This document shows, piece after piece, positions 1 through 13,330 of a stretch of 64,000 nucleotides of DNA. The notes beneath the pieces are model-generated. The model had not been told where the DNA came from. It did no database searches and was given only the letters and a program-made list of their open reading frames with translations. Made by a program: the position numbers and the translations under genes. Within the stretch, counting starts at the first letter, position 1; the number at the start of each line of letters is the position of its first letter. Source of the stretch: Chiloscyllium plagiosum (Eukaryota); NCBI RefSeq assembly GCF_004010195.1, contig NC_057718.1, forward strand, positions 53,554,009 to 53,618,008, in the 5' to 3' direction.

Positions 1-451
1 TGCTCTATGGCCTGTTCCCCGGGACGCACACCGAGACGGCCATCAACTGTGCCTGGAGGATCATCGACTCAGTGAAGGACGCTCTCTGGGCGGTCCGAAA
101 CCTGTTGATCTTCCAGCTGGAGGAGTTGACCCCGACTGAGTGTTGCGGACTGGCACATTCCAAGGTCCAGGACTACGTGTTGAGAGACGCACTGAAGCTT
201 GGGGCAGCTGCTGCCAAGGCGCGGTGGGGAAAGACCACCGTGTAACATCTGCCTGCCTAAGAAGAACAGGGGGCCCACGCAGTCATTTGGGCTCTGCTGG
301 CGCCTCAGCTCAATGTAATCGCACCAGCCTGTAAATAGGAATGATTACTTTGTTTTGATACGCAAAGAAAGGGAATGTGTACATATGTATGACATGTCCA
401 GTTGTATAGATCAAATTATTTATGTATAAAGTATATTTTTGAAAAAAAAAA
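1..451 (+). mobile_element. 3' end of an L1/Tx1-type LINE (ORF2 C-terminus, 3' UTR, poly-A)
   Basis: Frame 3..245 is open: LYGLFPGTHTETAINCAWRIIDSVKDALWAVRNLLIFQ...RDALKLGAAAAKARWGKTTV*, resembling the L1/Tx1 ORF2 C-terminus (LWxxRN motif); A-tail at 442-451. Confidence 0.8.
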
Positions 452-2033
452 TTCTCACAGCGGATATCTGCTGGCATTCTTTGAGCCAGTACTATCTTTG
501 AAAGACTGCTGTGTGCTCGGATAGGTTTTTCATCTCCCTGGCAACATAATGGCACAAGCCACACTGCTCATGGTATATACAACCTAACACCATGGCTTTA
601 ATTCCTGTGCTGGCTAAGGTTACTATGAAGTACTCTCCTTCTCAATCATTCTCCTCATCTGAGGTGTGGTAATCCTCAGGTTAAACCACCAACAGTCATC
701 TTTTTCTATGGAGAGAGCAGCACTATGGTCTGGTAAGGCTATGATGGCTTTATTTTTACATTCCCGTGGCTTATTTGTTTTTGAACTCTGTACCACTCTA
801 GATAAAGCCCAAAGAAGCTGTATACTTGATTAAACATTCTCTCAGTTTGCTGTACCACCTTCAATAGGTCCTTCTGCTCCTTTCTCCACTTTCAAATTGT
901 CTGCCAATTCCAGTAATATATCACCTCCTTCTCCTATCTTCTTCATCGTTCACAATACCTCCAAGATACATGTTGTTCTAAAGTGAAATTGTATCCTGTA
1001 CATCAAGCTCTATAGTACTAATATATGTCAGGGAAATGTCAATCCATAAGGAATTTCATCGTAATCATTCCTCCAGTTCGAAAAACAACTATCGTAAGTC
1101 AGGTAGATATGTAATTGCAAATTTCATAGAAAGCAAACCTTCCTTAAAGTGGTCAAAAGTAACCTTAGAACTGCCAGAAGTCAACTTTCTTCTCTTGTGG
1201 ATTCAGTGATGATGTCAGCCAGATGGGGGAACCAGACCATACATATCTTAAGAAGGATCATAAATGACATTCAAAATTAAAAACGTCTTGGACGGCACAA
1301 CTGAGTTTTCTAAAAATATCAGAATTCACAGCTTCACTTTGCCTCCAAGTGAATTGCTTCAAAGACTGTGATCTAACTACTTTACTGGCCTTGATTGAAA
1401 CATTCACCATTAAAAGTTAGCATCACAGCCATTTTCAATTTTGAACAGAAGAAAATATGACCAGAAGCCATAGTTAAAAGGAAACCTCAAACAAACCTAA
1501 AAGATTGTTTCAGGCCACAGCTCTCAGCTGAGCTAACTGTGAAACAATATGTCACCGCTGGGTTTTCTTTCTGCCATGAGGATTTTGAGAGGAAGGTGCT
1601 TCTATTCTCCTGGAAAGGAACCTAGGCAGGCTTCAAGTGTCACACCAGGAGAACCAGTCAGGGAGTAAGACCTGCATTTGCTCCTCAAAGCATCTCTGCT
1701 GACTGAGCCCATCCATAATGACAGATACAGTCTCTTCAGCAAGACAAACCATCACAACTGCTGAATGCAACTCTTAGAACCTTTTATTCCAGGGAATCAA
1801 TACTTCAAATGAAAGCTCTCAACCTGCAACAATGTCTTCAAGGACTGAACAAGTACTTTGTTTCCTTATTTGTATTTCTTTTTTAAAATATAGTTAGTAT
1901 CTTTATTACTTACAGTAGTATTTTTACAATTTAATATCTTCCATTTTGTTTAAAACTAAATCTTTGATGGTAATTTTTAAATTAATTCACTCACAAATTT
2001 AAATGAGGGTCAAATATATAGAGTCATAGAGAT

Positions 2034-2514
2034 TTTGGATTAGGTTTGCTCACTGAGCTGGAAGGTTCATTTCCAGACGTTTCGTTACCTTACTAGGTAA
2101 CATCTTCAGTGGACCTCATGTGAAGCAATGCTGAAAATTCCTGCTTTCTATTTATATGTTTGGGTTTCTTTGGGTTGGTGATGTCATTTCCTGTGGTGAT
2201 GTTATCTCCGGTGGTGAAGTCACTTCCTGTTCCTTTTCTCAGAGGGCGGTAGATGGGGTCTAACTCGATGTGTTTGTTGATAGAGTGCCAGTTGGAATGG
2301 CATGCTTCTAGGAATTCTCGTGCGTGTCTTTGTTTGGCTTGTCCTCGGATGGATGCAGTCCCAGTCGAAGTGGTGTCCTTCCTCATCCGTATGTGAGGAT
2401 ACTAGTGAGAGAGGGTCATGTCTTTTTGTGGCCAGTTGGTGTTCATGTATCCTGGTGGCTAGTTTTCTGCTTGTTTGTCCAATGTAGTGTTTGTTACACT
2501 TCTCAAAACTCGCT
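2034..2514 (-). mobile_element. Penelope-like element fragment (Poseidon-like): GIY-YIG endonuclease end plus 3' UTR with hammerhead core
   Basis: HYIGQTSRKLATRIHEHQLATKRHDPLSL and AREFLEACHSNWHSINKHIELDPIY in the ORF track; flanked by duplicated agtcatagagat (~2022, ~2516), so inserted in a CR1 tail. Confidence 0.85.
2072..2113 (-). ncRNA. minimal type I hammerhead ribozyme core (PLE family B)
   Basis: Minus strand reads UCCA-CUGAAGA-U-GUUACC(UAGUAA)GGUAAC-GAAAC-GUC-UGGA: intact core, 6-bp stem II, 4-bp stem I. Confidence 0.8.
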
Positions 2515-2760
2515 AAGTCATAGAGATGTACAGCATGGAAACAGACCAACTCATCCATGCCAACCAAATTTCCTAACCTAATCTCATCCCACTTGCCAGC
2601 ACTTTGCCCATATCCCTCTAAACCTTTCCTATTCATATACCTATCCAGATGTCTTTTAAATGTTGCAACTGTATCAGCATCCACCACTTCCTTTGGCAGC
2701 TCATTGCATACACACACCACCCTGTGTGTGAACAAAGTTGCCCCTTAGGTCCCTTTTAAA
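2515..2760 (-). mobile_element. CR1 LINE 3' fragment
   Basis: FTHRVVCVCNELPKEVVDADTVATFKRHLDRYM, the typical CR1 ORF2 end, followed by a CR1-type 3' UTR. Confidence 0.85.
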
Positions 2761-3867
2761 CATACTCAAATATACCAAAACACATTCACATAGACACGCA
2801 AACATATATACACTGACTTACATCACACAATTGTGACAGAATAACTAACTGATTGAAAAGAGCCACTCTGAGGAGGATTATCCAATAGTTGGGCTGAATC
2901 TTATGTTTTTTTTTAAAATAAGTGCGATTGTGTTGAGATTTGCCATGAGACCTAACAAGATTTCTCCCTATATCTTTCCAAAACCCATCTCATTAATTAC
3001 CTACCCTTCCCCTATGGTGCCCTCACATTCGATTTTAGCCCCATTTTATCACATGCCATGCCCACAACAGATATCTACTGGCAATCCTTGAGCCAGCACT
3101 ATCTTTAAAAGGCTGCTATGTGCCCTGATAAGTTTTTGCATCCCAGTGGCAACATAATGGCAAGAGCCACACTGCTCATGCAACATACAACTCATTTCTC
3201 TCATCAAAATCATCACAGGCCACACGGGTTACCTGTCCTTAGCTACACTCCATCTAAATACACATTCACTTCTCCTATGTCCCCAGTGCTCACTGGAGAC
3301 CTGCATCTTGTCATTGTTCAGTGGGGGCTGGACTGCAAGGAATGGAACAGTCTGTGAGATGAATATGGAGGCTCAGGCAATGGAGTTAGCACTGATGCAG
3401 ATCTTGGCGGTGAAAGCAAATATTCAGGTTAGAACTTTATAGCTAAGATGGAGAATCACTCTGTGTGACAAGACCATATTGGAAAGAATAGAAAAGAATA
3501 CATGAGTCAGTCAGTCCTAAAGGATACATGATCAGTGCAATATATAGACAGACAATGACCTCTGCTGCCCTCAGCTGATTGAAAGGGGGTTGAGTTCACA
3601 TGCTTGAATGAGAGTGCTGGAAATGGGTACACCACTGCATCCAGTGCAATAACATAAATAATCCCCGAGAAGCTGATGGGAACAACCAGGCGAGTGCTCT
3701 CTTTTTTGAGAATCGGAGGATTTGTAAAATGAAACCATCAGGTCTTCTCTTAGCTTTCTTTCTCCTAATGGAGAATAGTCATAACTTCTTGAATCTATCC
3801 TCATAACTGATGTTCCTCATACTTTTGCAAGTTGCTTTTGTATTCTTTCCAATTTTATCTTGTCCTT

Positions 3868-4805
3868 CAGGACTTATATATTTAATGGGAGGGCCCTAGG
3901 TAGTGTTGTAGAGTAGTGAGACCTAGGAGTTCAGGTACATAATTCTTTGACGTTTGCACCACATGTAGACAGGGTGGTCAAGAAGGCATTTAGCATTCTA
4001 GTCTTCATTTCTCAGACCTTAAAGTGTAGGAGTTGAGACATCATGTTGAGATTGTACAGGACATTGGTGAGGCCTCCTCTGGAATACCTTGTCTAGTTCT
4101 TGTTACCCTGTTAAGGGAAGGATATTATTAAACTGGAGAAGGTCCAGAAAATATTTACCAGGATGTTGCTAGGAATGGAGGGTTTGAGTTATAAGGAGAG
4201 GCTGGATAGGTCGGGACTTTTTTCAGGCGCAAGTGAGGACTGCAGATGCTGGAGATTAGAGTCGAGAGTGTGAAGCTGAAAATGCACAGTAGGTCAGGCA
4301 GCATCCGAGGAGCAGGAGAATCAATGAAGGGCTTTTGCCCGAAACACCAATTTTCCTGCTCCTCGGATGCTGCATGACCTGTTGTGGTTTTCCATCACCA
4401 CACTCTCAACTCTGGGACTTTTCTCAATGGAGTGTAGGAGGTTGAGGGATGACGTAATAAAGGTTTATACAATCATGAGGGGTATAGATAAGATGAATGG
4501 CAAGTGTCTTTTCCTTAGGGTGGGGGATTTTTAAGGCTAGGGTCATATTTTTAAGATGAGAGAGGATTTAAAAAAGACATGACAGAGAGGAGTTTGTGTG
4601 TGGAATGAATTTCCAGAGGAAGTGGTGGATGTGGGTATGGTTATGACATTTAAAAGACAGTTAGATAAGTACACAAATAAGAAATGGCTGGAGGGATATG
4701 AGCCAAGTGCAGGCATGTGGGACTACTTTACTTTGGGATTATGGTCGGCATGGACTGGTTGGACTGAAGTGTCTGTTTCCATGTTGTATGACTCTTTGAT
4801 TCTAT
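3868..4805 (+). mobile_element. CR1 LINE 3' fragment interrupted by a PLE terminal palindrome (4232-4393)
   Basis: WNEFPEEVVDVGMVMTFKRQLDKY; the PLE insert is flanked by duplicated gggactttt. Confidence 0.85.
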
Positions 4806-6218
4806 AATAACAATTACTTTAGTTCTGCCTTCACAGAAGAATACTAAAATAAGAAGGCTCTATTGGGAATGAAAAATTGATGGAGATTGGTATCAGTAAA
4901 AAATAATAGCTTTGGAGAAATTAATGGGACTGAAAGTTGATAAATCTCTAGGGTCTGATAATATACATCCCAAAGAACTAAAAGAGTTGGCCATGGAAAT
5001 AGTGGATGTGTGGTTGTCAACTTCCAATATTCTATATATTCTGGAACAGTCGAGGCAGATTGGATGGTAGCAGTATAATTCCCCTGTTCAATAAAAAAAG
5101 GAAGGATAAAACTGGGGGGAAAGTAATCTTAACCACATTTCAGTCATGGTGAAACTGCTGCAGTATACCATAATATAGGTGATAACAAAATACTTAGAAA
5201 ATAGGGTTTCAGAAAATCAACACTCATTAATGAAAGAGAAATCATGTTTGACAAACATAGCAGAGATTTTTGAGGAAGTAACTAGTAACATAGTAGATGT
5301 GGAATATTTGGATTTTCAGAAAGTTTTTCATAATACCTCACATAAATGATTAGTGCGCAAAATCAGAGCACATGGGATTTGTGGAAATATGCTGGCATGG
5401 ACTGAGCATCAGTCAACAGACAGGAAACTGAGTAGGGATACATTAGTCATTCATTTTGAATGGAAAGGATATACAATAGTCAGTTACTACAAGGATTAGT
5501 GCTTGAATCCCAGCAATTCACAATACAAATCAACCATTTAGAAGAGGCAATCAAATGTAATCTTTCTAAGTTTGCTGATGACACAAAACTAGGTGGGATT
5601 GTGAATGGTGAGGACGACGTAGAGAGGCTTCAGAATAAATTGGACAAGTTGACTGGTGGCCGATGCAGTACTTTGTGCAGAAGTGTGAAACTGTCCAGTT
5701 CAGTAGAAAAACAAAACAGCAGAGTTTAATGTAAATTGTGATATATTGGAAAAGGTGGATACACAACACGACCTTGGTCTTTGTATACCCGGTCACTGAA
5801 AATAATCGTGTGGATGCAACAAGCAGTTATTGCAGCTTTACAGAGCCTCGATGACACCACACATGTGCAGTTTTGATCTCCTTATCTAAGGCAATATATA
5901 ATTGTAATAGAAGGGTTTCAGCACTGGTTCACCAGGCAGATTCCTGGGGTGGCATTTGCAACATAAAGCAAGGATGCTTGACTGGGCCTGTTTTCACTGG
6001 AGTTAAGAAAAATGAGAGGGAATTTCACTAAAGCTTTTTTTAATCCTAACAGAGCTGGATGAAGGGCTGATGTTTCCACTGGCTAAGGCATCACTCTTTC
6101 AAGATACGTGGTAGGCTATTTCACACTGAAATGATGAGCAATGTTTCAGTCAGAAGGTGGGATTCTGTACCCAGAGCTTACGGTGGGATATGGGGAAAGA
6201 GCAGACATTGAGATAGAG

Positions 6219-6918
6219 TATGGAAGTATTTTTCCCACAAATCCAGACGACACATGTTTCTGTATGATGGTAGATGCTTTATTATCAGACAGCCAGTGAG
6301 AAATTCTCAGTGACACAAAAAGAGTTGTCTAACCTACTTGTGGTGGCTCTTCCCTACGAATCTCTGCTCTACACATGAAGGTAGGATATTTTATAGGAAT
6401 AATACAGAGGTTGACAAGTCACATGGCTGATTGCTGTTACATTGTTTAAGGTAGGTACTTACAATTTTACAGTGCGCGGGTGATTGTTGATTTCCTGTGA
6501 TAACCAGCGAATGGTTTAAGGGGACTGGTTATCGTATTCTTTATTATCATATGTTGATGGATAGAGATTTAGACAGAAGGACTTTGCTTTGTTCTCATTG
6601 TTGGATTCATATACCCATGTTAATAGGAACGGAAGCATGATAATGGGAACAGGAGGCAGTTAATAAGGATATGGCCAAGGCTATCAGTTTTGTCCAGGGA
6701 GGACAAACACCTTTGCTTGAGGCTGTAAGTGAAATCCACACATGTGGCTCCAGAGGATTCTGTTCTCTGGGAGTCAGCCCATTCCCCCTGTTGTGATGTC
6801 CCATCTCATTTTGTAAGAGGACAGGCATGCAATCGATACTGCAGTGAATCCTTTTAGCAGTGGGAAGTTTAACTCTTGAGGTCCCAATATGTCATTTTGT
6901 GGCTTTCTAATTTCCTCA
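6219..6918 (-). mobile_element. probable solo LTR
   Basis: 700-bp block interrupting the CR1 3' UTR; ends tatggaa...ttcctca form an imperfect terminal inverted repeat; minus-strand TATA-like (~6391) and AATAAA (~6278); flanks agag/aggg. Confidence 0.45.
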
Positions 6919-6973
6919 AGGGAATCAAATGATGATGTTGAAAGACAGAATGAACTTGATGGGCCAAATGGGT

Positions 6974-7463
6974 CTAGATTAGAGTGGTGCTGGAAAAGCA
7001 CAGCAGGTCAGGCAGCATCCATGGAGCAGGAAAATCGACATTTCGGGCAAAAGCCCTTCATCAGCCCTTCATTCCTGATGAAGGGCTTTTGCCCTAAAGG
7101 TCGATTTTCCTGCTCCTCGGATGCTGCCTGACCTGCTGTGCTTTTCCAGCACCACTCTAATCTAGACTCTGATCTCCAGCCTCAGGCAACTGTCTGTGTG
7201 GAGTTTGCACATTCACCCTGTGTGTGTGGGTTTCCTCTGGGTGCTCTGGTTTCCTCCCACAGTCCAAAAATGTGCAGGTTAGGTGAATTGGCCATGCTAA
7301 ATTGCCCGTAGTGTTCAGTGAAGGGGTAGATGTAGGGGGAATGGGTCTGGGTGAGTTGCTGTTCGGAGGGTCGGTGTGGACTTGTTGGGCCGAAGGGCCT
7401 GTTTCCACACTGTAGGTAATCTAGTCTAATCTAATCTAATCATCTGTAGTCCTCACTTTCACC
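6974..7463. mobile_element. palindromic PLE terminal fragment (family A) with nested HE1-type SINE (7181-7440)
   Basis: Inverted arms with head-to-head hammerhead-like cores (7037-7064 minus; from 7075 plus, mutated GAAA>TAAA); flanked by duplicated cttgatgggccaaatgg. Confidence 0.85.
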
Positions 7464-8660
7464 TTGATGGGCCAAATGGCCTATTCCTGATCCTATTTCT
7501 GGCAAACTGGATATAACTGTTGAAACTGTAGCAATGTCCTTCAAACTGTGGCGGAAGCAAATAAACAGCACTGAGGAAATTAGGACCTATCTGATCAGGA
7601 TTATCTGATGTGGACAATCCTAGTGTACAACGAACACCATCAAAAAAGGGGCATGTCAGCTCATCTGTTTTATGCACAAGACAAAAATATTGCTCAAAGT
7701 TCAATCCCAGATATTTGTACCAAGGAAATGAAATATGATCCCTTTTTCCCAAAATAAATTGCATAACTATATGAATCCAGTGGAATGATGGATCTAACAA
7801 CTGGTAAACTAACCAGATATATCTACGCTTGAACATTCATCATGACCCATTCTTTTAGGAAATTGTCAACAAATACTGAGTAATTACAGTTTAATTCCTT
7901 AGCCTTCACGTTGACAAAGAATAATATAAAACTTTTTCTAATGCTTGTTACAAGCACTAGCAATAATCTTCTTAATACCAGTTCTGTAATGAGAACCATA
8001 TCTTCAATATTAAACACAATCACAGAAACTTTTTCTTAATTCATTTTTCAAAGTTTTAATGAAATTGGAATTTCATTTTACATTAAAATCTATTCACTCA
8101 CATAACAGGTTCAAGTAGGACCTTAAAGGAATAATGAAAGAAAAGTAAAAACCACATAGCATGAAAAACAGCTTTGGAAAAATCAATTCCATTATGCTTA
8201 AGGCTTTTTTTGTGAGTTCATCTCTTATGTTGGTTTGGCATTTCAAGAAAGTTTAATCCATCATTTCCCATTACATATTGATGTGCAGATAATAAAGGTA
8301 GGTGATGTTTTCCTGGATATGTAACGTCTAACAAAAATGGTTGCTATGACTAAATTGAGAACATTTTGGCAGTTATATAATTTTCGTCAGCTATTATTAT
8401 AGGTTTCCATTTTCCTTGTAGCATAAAATAACTGTAATAAAACCAAGGGAAAGGACTTTGGTGACTGAAAGGTTTGCTGAAGTTGCATATTATCAAAGCT
8501 GTGATGTTTTTCTCTGTGGAGCCAATGAAAGAATATGTAATATACTCCCCCTAGGTTGAGTCCCACACGACCATTCATTCATTTGTCTACCGACATTTAA
8601 ACACCTTCTGAAATGACCTGCCAAACCAATTAGTATCAAATGACTTACAGAATCTAAAGA

Positions 8661-8781
8661 AGGAAACCCACGCAGACACGGGGAGAACGTGCAAACTCCA
8701 CACAGTCAGTCACCTAAGGCAGGAATTGAACCCGGGTCTCCGGCGCTGTGAGGCAGCAGTGATAACCACTGTGCCAACGTG
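8661..8781 (-). mobile_element. HE1-type tRNA-derived SINE, head only
   Basis: Matches the 5' part of the full SINE copies; A box and B box (GGTTCAATTCC) on the minus strand. Confidence 0.8.
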
Positions 8782-9074
8782 GTATGGGCCAGTCATTTCT
8801 ATCCTCTCAGGGATAATCAAAAATTCAAGTTGTCACAAATCCAAAATGATACTTGTCTGATTCAGCACAATTTGTTGTGAAAATAAAACCTGAAAAAAAA
8901 TGTCAAGCTTAGAGGGTGCCATCAAAAACTCAATGATACTTCTGAAAATACATGCCAGACATTACCTGGCTCTTCATTAATAGATGAAAAGCATTGATCA
9001 GGCTGAATGACTTCCAACTTTATTTATTTGAAATAAACCCATCTGCAAAATATGAGCAAACTACATCATGCACT

Positions 9075-9904
9075 GACATTTCCACCACCTCCAAATGGAC
9101 GCAACCACCAGGGATATATTTGCCTCCCCACCCCTCTCCACTTTCTGCAAAGACCATTCATTCTGTGACTACCTGGTCAGGTCCATGCTCCCCGACAACC
9201 CACCCTCCCATCCTGACACCTTCCCCTGCCACCACAGGAATTACAAAACCTGTGCCCACACCTCCCCCTCACCTCCATCCAAGGCTCCAAAGGAGCCTTC
9301 CACATCCATCAAAGTTTCACCTGCACATCCATCAATGAATCTTCCGATGCAGTCTCCTTTACATTGGGGAGACTGGATGCCTTCTCGCAGAGCACTTTAG
9401 GGAACATCTCCACGACACCCGCACCAATCAACACCACCCCCCAATGGTCCAACATTTCAACTCCCCCTCCTACTCTGCCGAGGACATGCAGATCCTGGGC
9501 CTCCTCCACCGCCACTCCCTCACCACTCGACGCCTGGAGGAAGAACGCCTCATCTTCCACCTCGGAACACTTCAACCACGGGGCATCAATGTGGACTTCG
9601 TCAGTTTCTTCATTTCCCCTCCCCCAACCTTACCCCAGCTCCAACCTGCCAGCTCAGCACCATCCTCATGACCTGTCCTACCTGCCAATCTTCCTTCCCA
9701 CCTATCCGCTCCATCCTCCTCTCCAATCTATCACCCTCATCCTCATCTCCATCCATCTATTGTACTCTCAGCTACCTTCTCCTCAGCCCCACCCCCCCTC
9801 CCATTTATCTCTCCACCCTTGAGGCTCGCTGCCTCATTTCTGTTGAAGGGCTTTTGCTGCCTGACCGGCTGTGTTTTTCCAGCATCTCTCTAATCTAGTC
9901 TCTG
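9075..9904 (+). mobile_element. Penelope-like element fragment (Neptune-like): Zn-finger/GIY-YIG end, C-rich 3' UTR, decayed family A terminus
   Basis: TFPCHHRNYKTCAH linker and HFNSPSYSAEDMQILGLL...RRLEEERLIFHLGTLQPRGINVDF. Confidence 0.85.
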
Positions 9905-11584
9905 AGCTACCAAAGTGCTTATATTTGATAAGGAGATGCCCTGGAAATTCTCGTCATTGACTTCAAACCCCAACAAGTTTCATGGATCGATTCAAACATG
10001 AATAATGATACATCCTGCTGATTACCACCGACAACTAATGGCCCCTGCCTTCCTCCACCAGCTAATAGTGACAAATCGAAGATAAGTTGGAGTATGCACA
10101 GAGGGTGACAAGGGCACGGATAATACTTTGGATATTGGACTTCAATGTACATCAAAGAGTGGCTAAGTTACACCATTCTGCTTGAGTTGACTGAGCCACA
10201 AACCAAATAAGTTCAAGATTGGATTTGTGGTAGGGAATGAGGGAACCAAGTAAAGGGAAGAATCTGCCTAACTACATCCTCATCAATCAACCTAACATGT
10301 ATTTATCCTCCATAATAATATAATGAACACCGTACAGTCAATATGGAGATACCTGTCTTGACATCGCGATATCCTCCATCATATTCTGTAACTTGCCTCC
10401 ATACTGAATGGGGACAGACTGGAACTCATAATTGAGCATCCATGAGGCATTGTGGGCCATCAGCAGCAAAAGAATTAAACACAACCAAAAACTGTAATCT
10501 CATGGTCAGGCATATCCCCAGTTCTAGCTTTGCAACCAAGCCAAGGTGTCAACTTGATGTTCAATAGAGAATGCAGGGAGGCATGCAGAGCAGCACCATG
10601 TGTGCTGAAAGGTGAGGATTCAACCTGGTGATTGTACAACACGGGACTATGTGCATGATAAACAACACCATCAGTAAACAATGTACAGGCTGAAGGGATC
10701 CTACAACAACTGAATCAAATCTAAGCTCTGGAATCTGGCTACATCCAGTCCTGAATAATAATAGACAATTAAACAAACAGGAGGTGGAGGCTCTACAAAT
10801 ATCCTGACCAACAATGCTGAGGGGGCACATCAGGGGAAAAAGACAAGGTTGGAGTATATTCACCATCTTCAGCCAGAAATACCGAGTGGATGATCCATGT
10901 CAGCCTCTTCCTGAGGTCCCTTTCTGGAATGTTGCAGACAGTTCTGGATGCCACTTTGTCAGAAGGATGTGACTGTGTTTGAGATGGTGCAGAGCTGTTT
11001 ACAAGACTGGTTACAGGGATGAGGAATGTCAGTCATGAGCATAGACTGGAGAGGTTGAGACAATCCTCCATAGGAAAAAGAAGTCTATGGGGAGATTTAA
11101 TGGAGGTTTTCACAATCATGAGTGAGCTGGATAGATTAGATAGGGAGAAACTGTTCCTGCTTGTAAAAGAAATAAGAACACAAAAACAATATATGATTAA
11201 AAGATGTACAGAAGAAGTAAGGGTAAGTAAGGAACAACTTTTCACTCAGTGCATATTTACGGTATAAAATGCATTGGCCAGAATGATGTAGAGGCAAGTT
11301 TGCTTAAGACATTGGATGAATATTTGGATAAAAGTAATATTCAAGGATATGGGGAAATAGCAAAAGATGGCATGTGGTAATGATGTTCATTTAACAAGCT
11401 GGTTCAGGCAATCTGAGCCTGATGGTAACGTGGTGATTCTGTGATTACAGATGTCAGTTTTCAACCAATTCAATTCAGTCCTCATGATATTAAGAAATGG
11501 TAGAAGGCTCTAGATCTTTCAAAATTTGTGAAACCTGACAACATTTCTCCAATAGTACCAAAGCTTTGTTCTCCAGCATTAGGT

Positions 11585-11906
11585 GGGCAGCACGGTGGCA
11601 CAGTGATTAGCACTGCTGCCTCACAGCGGCAGAGACCCAGGTTCAGTTCCCGCCTCAGGCAACTGTCTGTGCGGAGTTTGCACATTCTCCCCGTGTCTGC
11701 ATGGGTTTCCTCCGGGTGTTCTGGTTTCCTCCCACAGTCCAAAAATGTGCAGGTTAGGTGAACTGGCCATGCTAAATTGCCCGTAGTGTTCAGTGAAGGG
11801 GTAAATATAGGGGAATGGGTCTGGGTAGGTTGCTCTTCGGAGGGTCGCTGTGGACTTGTTGGGCTGAAGGGCCTGTTTCCACACTGTAAGTAATCTAATC
11901 TAATCT
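11585..11906 (+). mobile_element. full-length HE1-type SINE
   Basis: tRNA-like head with A/B boxes, conserved core (gtggagtttgcacattctcc-like), CR1-like tail and (taatc)n end. Confidence 0.9.
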
Positions 11907-11979
11907 AGCTATGCGCCTAGCCAAACTGCTCCAGTACAGCTACAAAACTGACATTTACCTGGCATTGTGGGAAGTTATA

Positions 11980-13330
11980 AAGTCATAGAGATGTACAGCA
12001 CAGAAACAGACCCTTTGGTCCAACTCATCCACGCCAACCAGATATTTCAACTCAATCTAGTCCCATTTGGCAGCACTTGGCTCATATCCCTCTAAACCTT
12101 TCCTATTCATATACCCATCAAATACCTTTTAAAGGTTGCAATTGTACCAGCCTTCACCACTTCTTCTGGCAGCTCATTCCATACATGCACCACCCTCTGT
12201 GAGATAAAGTTGCCCCTTAGGTCCCTTTTATATCTTTCCCTTCTCACCCTAACCCAGTGCCTTCTAGTTCTGGACTCCCTGACCCCAGGGAAAAGACTTT
12301 GTCTATTTATCCTATCCATGCTCCTCATGATTTTATAAACCTCTATGAGGTCACCCTTCAGCCTTAGACACTCCAGGGAAAACAGCCCTAGACTATTCAA
12401 CCTCTCCCTATAGCTCAAATCCTCCACACTGGGAACATCTTGTAAATCTTTTTTGAACCCTTTCAAGTTTCACAATATCCTTCCGATAAGATGGAGACCA
12501 GAATTGCACACAATATTCCAACACTAGCCTAACCAATGTCCTGTACAGCCACAACATGATCTTCCAACTCCTGTACTCAATGCTCTGACCCCAATAAAGG
12601 AAAGCATACCAAACCCCTTCTTCACTATCCTATCTACCTGCAACTCCACTTTCAAGGAGCTATGAACCTGCACGCCAAGGTCTCTTTGTTCAGCAACACT
12701 CCCTAGGACCTTACCATTAAGAGTATAAGTCTTGCAAAGATATGTTTTTCCAAAATGCAGCACCTCACATTTATCTAAATTAAACTCCATCTTCCACTCC
12801 TCAGCCCATTGGCCCATCTGATCAAGATCCCATTGTACTCTGAAGTAACTTTCTTTGCTATCAACTACACCTCCAAATTGGTGTAATCTGCAAACTTACT
12901 AAATATATCTCTTAAGCTCACATCCAAATCATTTATATAAATGAGGAAAAGTAGTGGGCCCTGCACCAATCATTGTGATGTTCCACTGGTCACAGGCCTC
13001 CAGTCTGAAAAACAACCTTCCACCACTAACCTCTGACTTCTACCTTCATGCCAATTCTGTATCCAAATGGCTACTCTGTCTGTTTTCTGTGAGATCTAAC
13101 TTTGCTAATTAGTATGCCATTAGTATCTGGCATACTAATAATGCCAGAGTTCCTATGAGTCCCATGGGAAACCTTGTCAACGCCTTACTGAAGTCTATAT
13201 AGATTACGTCTAACGCTCTGCCCTCATCAATCCTATTTGTTACTTTTTCAAAAAAAACTCAATTAAGTTTGTGAGACATGATTTCCCATGCACAAAGCCA
13301 TGTTGACTGTCCCTAATCAGTCCTTGCCCA
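11980..13330 (-). mobile_element. CR1 LINE, 5'-truncated (RT and 3' end)
   Basis: WAEEWKMEFNLDKCEVLHFG...QRDLGVQV and LKGDLIEVYKIM...WNELPEEVV in the ORF track. Confidence 0.9.

Larger units (their letters stand above)
4810..7500 (+). mobile_element. older CR1 LINE RT region and 3' end, split by a solo LTR, a PLE fragment and a SINE
   Basis: LSKFADDTKLGG (RT FADD motif) in ORF 5460-5729; the 3' UTR pieces resume at 6919 and 7464. Confidence 0.75.

Noticed and set aside
7459..8023. 125-aa and 66-aa minus-strand ORFs as host exons
   Set aside because: No recognisable domain or convincing splice sites; the first runs into CR1 UTR.
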